DNA of 64,000 nt from an uncultured Prevotellaceae bacterium. Its GTDB lineage: Bacteria; Bacteroidota; Bacteroidia; Bacteroidales; Bacteroidaceae. Made by a program: the position numbers and the translations under genes. Under the pieces are notes generated by a model. The model did not search any database, was not told the origin of the DNA, and worked only from the letters and a program-made list of their open reading frames with translations. This document shows, piece by piece, positions 50,505-57,307 of this stretch (position 1 is the first letter of the stretch; every line of letters begins with the position of its first letter). The stretch spans positions 882 to 64,881 of the forward strand of contig CAMVIB010000013.1 of the NCBI GenBank assembly GCA_947167455.1. The letters are read 5' to 3'.

Positions 50505-50534
50505 GGCATCAAACGTGGTTTGATGCCTTTTTTT
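50505..50534 (+). terminator. Canonical intrinsic terminator after the FKBP array
   Basis: GGCATCAAAC-gtg-GTTTGATGCC is followed by TTTTTTT. Confidence 0.8.
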
Positions 50535-50568
50535 GTGTCAAAATGTTTGCCGATAGAGAACTTTTGCT

Positions 50569-50576
50569 TACTTTTG
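50569..50576 (+). promoter_or_regulatory. -7 promoter box (TActTTTG)
   Basis: It lies 97 nt upstream of ATG 50673. Confidence 0.5.
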
Positions 50577-50672
50577 CACACGAATTAGCACTGACAGACT
50601 CAAGGTGTGTTTGATCTGAGAGCTGTCATAAGCTAATATTGCAGTACCCACCTTAAGCAAAACAATGACACA

Positions 50673-51206
50673 ATGGATAAAATCGACAGCCTTGACAAGA
50701 AAATCCTCGAAATCATAACCCGCAACGCGCGCATACCTTTTAAGGATGTCGCCACCGAGTGCGGAGTCTCACGAGCTGCCATCCACCAGCGCGTTCAGCG
50801 ACTGGTAGATATGGGTGTCATCGTGGGGTCGGGCTACCATGTTGACCCCATCACCCTGGGCTACAACACCTGCACATACGTCGGAATAACCCTCGAACGC
50901 GGCTCCATGTACAAGCGCGTGGTATCGGAGTTTGAGAAGATACCCGAGATTGTAGAGTGCCACTTCACCACCGGCCCATACACCATGCTCATCAAGCTCT
51001 ATGCCCGCGACAACGCACACCTCATGGAGCTCCTCAACAACCGCCTGCAGGAGATCGAGGGCGTCATCTCCACCGAGACCCTCATCTCGCTCAAGCAGAG
51101 CATAAAGAAAGAGGTACCCATCGGACTTTCCGAAGCCGACGTGGCCGCCATCAAGGCCCTCACGGCCAGGAAGGCCGGCCTGCTCGACGATGCCGCCGAA
51201 GACTGA
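50673..51206 (+). CDS. Lrp/AsnC-family transcriptional regulator
   Basis: LDKKILEIITRNARIPFKDVATECGVSRAAIHQRVQRL is the HTH, followed by a RAM-like C-terminal domain. Confidence 0.88.
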   Translation: MDKIDSLDKKILEIITRNARIPFKDVATECGVSRAAIHQRVQRLVDMGVIVGSGYHVDPITLGYNTCTYVGITLERGSMYKRVVSEFEKIPEIVECHFTTGPYTMLIKLYARDNAHLMELLNNRLQEIEGVISTETLISLKQSIKKEVPIGLSEADVAAIKALTARKAGLLDDAAED

Positions 51207-53079
51207 CCCCGCCATGACACAGCCACTATCTGCTTACAAAGCCCTACATAGCCATTTCCCCTGCGCCGAGCCACGCCCCGTGGTGGGCATCACCGGCAAC
51301 TTCGGCGACAAAGGCTGCGAGCTGGCCGAGGGCTACTACGAGAGCGTAGTACGCGCCGGGGCAGCACCTCTGGTCATACCGCCTACGGCCGACCCCGACA
51401 GCATTATCGCCATCCTCGACAGCATCGATGCTCTCATACTCTCGGGCGGGGGCGACATCAACCCACTACACCTCGGCGAGGAGCCGCTGCCGCAGCTGCA
51501 CTCCATCAACCCTCGGCGCGACGACGCCGAGCTGTTGATGCTGCGCCTCGCCATCGACCGTCAGCTGCCAGTGCTCGGCATCTGCCGGGGCATTCAGGTG
51601 ATGGCAGCTGTGCTCGGAGGTACACTCTACCAGGACATTGCCACACAGCACCCTACCCACGCATCATGCCCGCTGCTCAAGCACAGCCAGGACCTCGACC
51701 GCGCCTACCCCTCACACAGCGTGACCATAGCCCCGGACACACTACTCCATGACATCTTTTCCACACATACCGAAGCCGATACCCACTCAGAGGCCGACAC
51801 CGATGCCCGAGACGACGTCCATATAACACTGCATGTCAACTCGTTCCACCATCAGGCAGTGGCGGCTCCCGGCTCTCACCTGCGCGTCTGCGCCACAGCA
51901 CCCGACGGCGTCATCGAGGCCGTGGAGAGCACCGAGGGCAAGAGCATCCTCGGCGTGCAGTGGCATCCCGAGTGCTTCATCCTGCGCGGCGACGAGAGCC
52001 ACATGCCACTGTTCCGCTGGCTCGTGGCCGAGGCCGAGAGCTACGCCTCCGCACGACGCTTCCACGCCGCCAACGCCACCATCGACAGCCACTGCGACAC
52101 GCCAATGTTCTTCGACCAGGGCATTCACTTCGACCAACGCGACCCGCGCATCCTCGTTGACCTTCATAAGATGTCCGAGGGCGGACTCGATGCCACCACC
52201 ATGGTGGCCTACATACCCCAAGGCCCTCTCACCGATGCCGGGCGGCAGGCCGCCTTCACCCTCGCCGAGAGCCGTCTCGACGGCATCGAAGACCTCGCGC
52301 GCCACCCACAAGTGGCCATCATTGCCAACGCGGCAGCAGCCACAGACGCCGGAGCAACAGCCGCCACGGCATACACCATCGCCGACCTGCCGCGCCTCAA
52401 GGCAGAAGGCCGCAAGGCCATCATGAAAGGCATCGAGAACGGCTACGCCATCGGCCTCGACATCTGCCGTCTCGACCATTTCGCGCGGCGGGGCATCATC
52501 TACATGACACTCTGCCACAACGGCAACAACGACATCTGCGGCTCAGCACGCCCCCGCGACGGCGAACCCACGATGGGCCTCACGCCCTTCGGCCATAAGG
52601 TCGTGGCACGCATGAACGAGCTCGGCATCGCCGTGGATCTCTCCCACGCCAGCCAGCAGTCGTTCTACGACGCCATGGAGGCCAGCAGCACGCCGATACT
52701 ATGCTCACACAGCTCCGCACGAGCCCTCTGTGACCACCCGCGCAACCTCACCGACGAGCAGATGCGCGCACTGGCGCGCAACGGAGGCCTCGCACAGGCC
52801 ACCTTCTACGACGGCTTCCTGCGCCAAGGCGGAGGAGCCGACATCGACGATGCCGTGGCCCACATCCTCCACATGGCACGCGTCATGGGCGTGGAGCACG
52901 TCGGCATAGGCACCGACTTCGACGGCGACGGCGGCGTGCCGGGACTCGCATCGGCATCCGAGCTCATCAACCTCACACGACGCCTGCAGCGACACTTCAA
53001 CCCCGACGACCTCGCCCTCATCTGGGGCGGCAACTACGTGAGGTTGCTCGCCACCGTGCAGAGCAGCACCGGCAAGTAA
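51190..53079 (+). CDS. Fusion protein: C26 gamma-glutamyl hydrolase-like (class I glutamine amidotransferase fold) domain plus M19 membrane-dipeptidase domain
   Basis: The N-terminal half has LGICRGIQVM and NSFHHQAV, as in the PuuD/C26 family. The C-terminal half has IDSHCDTP, LCHNGNN, DLSH and GIGTDFDG, as in M19 dipeptidases. ATG 51190 overlaps the Lrp stop. ATG 51214 is an alternative start. Confidence 0.75.
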   Translation: MPPKTDPAMTQPLSAYKALHSHFPCAEPRPVVGITGNFGDKGCELAEGYYESVVRAGAAPLVIPPTADPDSIIAILDSIDALILSGGGDINPLHLGEEPLPQLHSINPRRDDAELLMLRLAIDRQLPVLGICRGIQVMAAVLGGTLYQDIATQHPTHASCPLLKHSQDLDRAYPSHSVTIAPDTLLHDIFSTHTEADTHSEADTDARDDVHITLHVNSFHHQAVAAPGSHLRVCATAPDGVIEAVESTEGKSILGVQWHPECFILRGDESHMPLFRWLVAEAESYASARRFHAANATIDSHCDTPMFFDQGIHFDQRDPRILVDLHKMSEGGLDATTMVAYIPQGPLTDAGRQAAFTLAESRLDGIEDLARHPQVAIIANAAAATDAGATAATAYTIADLPRLKAEGRKAIMKGIENGYAIGLDICRLDHFARRGIIYMTLCHNGNNDICGSARPRDGEPTMGLTPFGHKVVARMNELGIAVDLSHASQQSFYDAMEASSTPILCSHSSARALCDHPRNLTDEQMRALARNGGLAQATFYDGFLRQGGGADIDDAVAHILHMARVMGVEHVGIGTDFDGDGGVPGLASASELINLTRRLQRHFNPDDLALIWGGNYVRLLATVQSSTGK

Positions 53080-53141
53080 TGACATGGGTGAAGTCGGAAA
53101 ATAATTGCAACCGTAAAAACACATGATATAATCTGCTTTTC

Positions 53142-54158
53142 ATGAAAGGCTATATCTACAACACCATCCTCACCGCACTGACGGCCTTAGCACTCAGCGC
53201 CTGCAACGGGCGCGCCACCACCGGCACGACATCCGTCACGCCGACAACCGACACGCTCGTGGCGGCACCGACCTTCAACGCCGACAGCGCCATGTCCTAC
53301 CTCCGCCGGCAGTGCGACTTCGGACCCCGCGTGCCAGGCACGGCAGCACACCGCGCCTGCGGCGAATGGATCAGCCGCACCTTCGCCGCCACCGGCGCAC
53401 GCACCGCCGACCACAACACCACCGTCCGGGGCTACGACGGCAAGGAGATGCCATGCCGCAACATCATGGCCTTCGCAAACCCCGATGCCGGGCCGCGAAT
53501 CCTCATCACGGCACACTGGGACAGCCGCGCCTGGGCCGACAACGACCCCGATGCCGACAACCACCGCACCCCCGTGCCAGCCGCCAACGACGGAGCCAGC
53601 GGCATCGCCGTCATGCTCGAACTCGCTCGCCTCATCGCCGACATGCCACCGGCCATAGGTGTAGATTTCGTGTGCTTCGACGCCGAGGATCAGGGGCATC
53701 CGCAGTGGGACGACAGCTACGATGACGAGGCCGACGAGGCCGGTTTCTGGTGTCTGGGCTCACGAGCCTGGGCCGAGGAGGCCTTCTCGCGAGGATACAC
53801 GGCACGCTTCGCCATCAACCTCGACATGGTTGGCGGCCGCGGAGCACGCTTCGCCGTCGAAGGCTACAGCCAGCGCTCGGCACCCTCCGTGGCACAACTC
53901 GTGTGGGCGAAGGCCGCCTTGCTCGGACACGACGACATCTTCACCAACACCACAGGAGGCTATGTCATGGACGACCACGTCTCCGTCATACAGCTCGCCA
54001 ACATCCCGGCCATCGACATCATCCCCAACGTCGATGACCCCCGCTCCAGCTTCGGACGCACATGGCACACCCTCAGCGACACGCCCGACGCCATCGACCC
54101 CGACATACTCGCCGCCGTAGGACAGACCCTCCTGCAAGTCATCTACTCTATGAAATAG
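53142..54158 (+). CDS. M28-family lipoprotein, glutaminyl-peptide cyclotransferase-like
   Basis: The lipobox is LTALALSAC. The motifs ITAHWDSR, ANDGASGIAVMLELAR and FDAEDQG match the M28 / type II glutaminyl cyclase pattern known from oral Bacteroidota. Confidence 0.75.
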   Translation: MKGYIYNTILTALTALALSACNGRATTGTTSVTPTTDTLVAAPTFNADSAMSYLRRQCDFGPRVPGTAAHRACGEWISRTFAATGARTADHNTTVRGYDGKEMPCRNIMAFANPDAGPRILITAHWDSRAWADNDPDADNHRTPVPAANDGASGIAVMLELARLIADMPPAIGVDFVCFDAEDQGHPQWDDSYDDEADEAGFWCLGSRAWAEEAFSRGYTARFAINLDMVGGRGARFAVEGYSQRSAPSVAQLVWAKAALLGHDDIFTNTTGGYVMDDHVSVIQLANIPAIDIIPNVDDPRSSFGRTWHTLSDTPDAIDPDILAAVGQTLLQVIYSMK

Positions 54159-54164
54159 CGGCAC

Positions 54165-54340
54165 CCCGCCCGCTTAGCAACAACCTTCCCCCTTAGCAAC
54201 AACCCGCCCCCTTAGCAACACCCTGCCACCCTTAGCGACACCCCGCCCCCCTTAGCGACAACCTCGCCCCCCTTAGCGACAACCTCGCCCCCCTTAGCGA
54301 CAACCTCGCCCCCCCTTAGCGACAACCCGCCCCTCATTCC
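54165..54340. repeat. About 8 tandem units of a 19-22-nt C-rich repeat (CCTTAGCRACAACCYCGCCCC)
   Basis: Head-to-tail reiteration begins directly after the stop at 54158. Confidence 0.85.
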
Positions 54341-54352
54341 CATCCGCTCCCC

Positions 54353-54382
54353 GTTGAGTATGCCGCCGTATCACGGCGGCTC
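54353..54382 (+). repeat. Conserved 30-nt hairpin box, copy B
   Basis: The sequence is GTTGAGTATGCCGCCGTATCACGGCGGCTC, with an 8-bp GC stem and a 3-nt loop. Confidence 0.85.
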
Positions 54383-54437
54383 GCCAACCCCCATCAACCC
54401 CCATCAACCCCTATCAACCCCCATCCCCCCTACCCCC

Positions 54438-54866
54438 ATGACCATCAACGAGACCCAAGACGAAATCATCGAAGAGTTTTCCGACTTCGACGACTGGATG
54501 GACCGCTACCAGCTGCTCATCGACCTCGGCAGCGAGCAAGCCCCGCTGCCAGCCTCCGACAAGACTGACCAGAACCTCATCGAGGGCTGCCAGAGCCGCG
54601 TGTGGCTCACCGCCTCCAAAGCTCCCGACGGCACCATAACCTTCCGTGCTGAGAGCGATGCCCTCATCGTGCGCGGCATCGTGGCGCTGCTCATACGTGT
54701 CCTCTCAGGCCACAGCGCCGACGACATCATCGGTGCCGACCTCTACTTCATAGAGCGTATAGGGCTCCGAGAGCACCTCTCCCCGACCCGCAGCAACGGC
54801 CTCCTCGCCATGCTGCGCCAGATGAGGATGTATGCCCTCGCCTTCCGCGCCAGACAGCAGGCCTGA
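54438..54866 (+). CDS. sufE: SufE-family cysteine desulfuration (sulfur acceptor) protein
   Basis: MTINETQDEIIEEFSDFDDWMDRYQLLIDLG...IEGCQSRVWL carries the active-site Cys context. The track ORF start at 54354 translates the hairpin box. Confidence 0.85.
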   Translation: MTINETQDEIIEEFSDFDDWMDRYQLLIDLGSEQAPLPASDKTDQNLIEGCQSRVWLTASKAPDGTITFRAESDALIVRGIVALLIRVLSGHSADDIIGADLYFIERIGLREHLSPTRSNGLLAMLRQMRMYALAFRARQQA

Positions 54867-54895
54867 GACAGCCAGCACCATCCCCCGCCCTCAGA

Positions 54896-55030
54896 CCCCC
54901 TTCCCTTCAACCTTCCTCCCTTCAACCATCCTCTACCCCCTCTCCCTAACACCCCTCTCCCTAACATCCCTCTCCCTAACACCCCCTCTCCCTATCATCC
55001 CATCCCTCTAACACCCTCTCCTCCCTCCCC
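54896..55030. repeat. C/T-rich tandem repeats with about 15-nt units (CCCTCTCCCTAACAY and CCCTTCAACC-type)
   Basis: Reiteration lies between the sufE stop and hairpin box copy C. Confidence 0.8.
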
Positions 55031-55031
55031 C

Positions 55032-55061
55032 GTTGCGTATGCCGCCGTATCACGGCGGCTC
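55032..55061 (+). repeat. Conserved 30-nt hairpin box, copy C
   Basis: The sequence is GTTGCGTATGCCGCCGTATCACGGCGGCTC. Confidence 0.85.
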
Positions 55062-55090
55062 CCCGCCCCTCCCCAAAAACCATCCCCATC

Positions 55091-55426
55091 ATGGAAACAA
55101 CCCGCCAGAACAAAATCGCGCGCCTCATACAGAAAGAGCTCAGCGACATCTTCCAGCGCCAGACACAGGCCATGCACGGCACCCTCGTCAGCGTCAGCGT
55201 GTGCCGCATAAGCCCCGACATGAGCGTGTGCCGCGCATACCTCAGCGTCTTCCCCAGCGAGCGCGCCAGCGAGATCGTCGAGAACATCAACGCCAACATG
55301 CGCCAGATACGTTACGAGCTCGGGCAACGCACGCGTCATCAGCTGCGCATCATCCCCGAACTCAAGTTCTTCGTCGATGACTCCCTCGACTACGCCGAGA
55401 ACATCGACCGCCTGCTCAATGTTTAG
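55091..55426 (+). CDS. rbfA: Ribosome-binding factor A
   Basis: The protein is 111 aa. METTRQNKIARLIQKELSDIF...VSVSVCRISPDMSVCRAYLSVF is a typical RbfA sequence. Confidence 0.9.
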   Translation: METTRQNKIARLIQKELSDIFQRQTQAMHGTLVSVSVCRISPDMSVCRAYLSVFPSERASEIVENINANMRQIRYELGQRTRHQLRIIPELKFFVDDSLDYAENIDRLLNV

Positions 55427-56675
55427 CCTCTACATAGCGCGCAGATACCTCTTTGCGCGACACAGCCACCACACCATAGGCATCATCTCGGCCATCTCCG
55501 TCGGAGGGGTGGCCCTTGCCACCATGGCCCTCGTGGTGACACTCTCCGTGTTCAACGGCTTCCGCGACATGGTGGCATCATTCTTCACGGCCTTCGACCC
55601 ACAGCTACGCGTCAGCGTCGCCCAGGGCAAGTTCGTGGCTGCCGACGACCCCGCCCTCGAAGCCCTGCGTCACCGTGCCGACGTCGCCGTGGCCACCGAT
55701 GTCCTCGAGGAGCAAGCCCTCATCGTGGCCTCCGACCGCCAGATCGTATGCACCGTGAAGGGTGTCTCCGACAACTACCTCGGACAGGGCGACCTGCAAC
55801 GCCACTTCTATGGCGACGGCGATGCCGTGCTGCATGCCGCCGAGCTCGAGTATGGCATCCTCGGCATACGCCTGGCATCGCAGCTCGGCCTCAGCACCGA
55901 CTTCGATGGTGCGCTGCCCATCTATGCCCCACGCCCCGGCGAGCGCGTCAACCTCGCCAACCCCGTCCAGAGCTTCAACAGCGAAGAGCTGCTGTCGCCG
56001 GGGGTCGTCTTCGCCGTCAACCAAGCCAAGTACGACTCACGCTACGTCATAACATCGATAGGCTTCGCGCGCCGCCTCGTGGGACAGCAGGGCATGGTAA
56101 GCGGCGTGGAGCTGCGCCTGCAGCCCGGCACCGACGAGGCCGCTGCCCAGCGCGACATATCGCGCAGCCTGGGGCAGCGCTTCACCGTGCAGAACCGCTA
56201 CGAGCAGCAGGAAGACGTCTTCCGCATCATGCGCGTGGAGAAGTTCATAGCCTATCTCTTCCTCACCTTCATACTCCTCGTGGCATCGTTCAACATCATA
56301 GGCTCGCTCTCGATGCTCATGCTCGACAAGCGTGCCGACATGCAGACACTGCGCGCCCTCGGTGCCGACAACCGCCAGATAGCACTCATCTTCATCATCG
56401 AGGGATGGCTCATCTCGGCCGTAGGAGCCGTCACGGGCATCGGCCTCGGCCTCCTGCTGTGCTGGCTGCAGCAGACCTACGGCATCATAGGCATGGGCGA
56501 GAGTGCCGGCACGTTCGTCGTGGATGCCTACCCTGTGAGCGTCCACGGTGCCGACATAGCCCTCATCTTCGTCACCGTCCTCGTGGTAAGCCTCGTGGCG
56601 GTGTGGCTCCCCGTGCGACGCCTCACACGCACCATAGCGCCCGACAGCCAGTCTGAAAAGCCATCAGGCATTTAG
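55419..56675 (+). CDS. FtsX-like ABC transporter permease (LolC/E-like)
   Basis: The start is MFSLYIARRYLFARHSHHTIGIISAISVGGVALATMALVVTLSVFNGF. The protein has a MacB-type periplasmic domain and a C-terminal FtsX 3-TM bundle. It overlaps the rbfA stop by 8 nt. Confidence 0.85.
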   Translation: MFSLYIARRYLFARHSHHTIGIISAISVGGVALATMALVVTLSVFNGFRDMVASFFTAFDPQLRVSVAQGKFVAADDPALEALRHRADVAVATDVLEEQALIVASDRQIVCTVKGVSDNYLGQGDLQRHFYGDGDAVLHAAELEYGILGIRLASQLGLSTDFDGALPIYAPRPGERVNLANPVQSFNSEELLSPGVVFAVNQAKYDSRYVITSIGFARRLVGQQGMVSGVELRLQPGTDEAAAQRDISRSLGQRFTVQNRYEQQEDVFRIMRVEKFIAYLFLTFILLVASFNIIGSLSMLMLDKRADMQTLRALGADNRQIALIFIIEGWLISAVGAVTGIGLGLLLCWLQQTYGIIGMGESAGTFVVDAYPVSVHGADIALIFVTVLVVSLVAVWLPVRRLTRTIAPDSQSEKPSGI

Positions 56676-56896
56676 CCCGGAGCATCAGCTGCGCATAATG
56701 AGGCGGCTCACAACAAGCACCCATGGAAACCGTGAGGGTGTGTCAAAATGAAGGAAGTGCGCTTCGCGCAGAAATCAATCAAATCTACCCAAAATCTTTC
56801 AAACTGTTTAGGGCACATTGATTTGGTGGATTTGTACTGATTTGTAGGATTTCTGCCCCTTGTCGGGGCAGAAACCCTACGAACCCTCCGCCATCC

Positions 56897-57025
56897 AGAT
56901 CAACAGAAGAAGGGCATAGAAACAGGAAAGTGCCCGACCTGTGGAGGGGTCGGGCACTTTCCTGTTTCTATGCCCTGAGCGCATTAGATGCCCTGTCTGC
57001 TTCTATGTTCTTCTTCTGTTGATCT
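56897..57025. mobile_element. MITE-like palindromic element (129 bp) with 16-bp perfect terminal inverted repeats
   Basis: AGATCAACAGAAGAAG (56897..56912) pairs with CTTCTTCTGTTGATCT (57010..57025). The interior has a perfect 29-bp stem: 56911..56939 (AGGGCATAGAAACAGGAAAGTGCCCGACC) against 56948..56976, with an 8-nt loop. Confidence 0.6.
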
Positions 57026-57261
57026 AGATCGAGGTACATAATGTTATTCATCATGTATTCGAAGACATTGCGGTCAGCACCGCCAAGACGGCCCGTCACC
57101 TTCAGGTGGGTCGCTTGCAGGCACACCTCGGCACTACCTGTGGCTTGGATGAAGCGCTCGCCTAACTGGCCCGGCTCGTCACATTGGACAGTAACCCAAC
57201 TATCGGAGTCGCCCTGTCCGTAGGCACTGCCCGACAGGAAGCAGAGAGTGGCAAGAAGCAT
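56968..57261 (-). pseudogene. Truncated N-terminal fragment of a leucine-rich-repeat (BspA-like) surface protein
   Basis: MLLATLCFLSGSAYGQ is a signal peptide. It is followed by ..ATHLKVTGRLGGADRNVFEYMMNNIMYLDL, the usual lead-in to Bacteroidota LRR arrays. The frame then reads into the palindromic element (DQQKKNIEAD...) and stops. Confidence 0.5.
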
Positions 57262-57307
57262 GGTTCGCAAACTATGGCGCGACAAATATACACCTTAATT
57301 TATTAGG

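Noticed and set aside
54354-54437. Upstream extensions of sufE (start 54354) and ORF 55033..55380, both beginning M(S/R)MPPYHGGSP
   Set aside because: The shared peptide is just the translation of the conserved hairpin box. The recognisable SufE sequence starts at 54438. ORF 55033 is out of frame with rbfA and overlaps it.
56749-56841. A 30-codon ORF (MKEVRFAQKSIKSTQNLSNCLGHIDLVDLY) in the spacer after the permease gene
   Set aside because: It has no promoter box and no recognisable motif. It lies in a repeat-rich decayed spacer.
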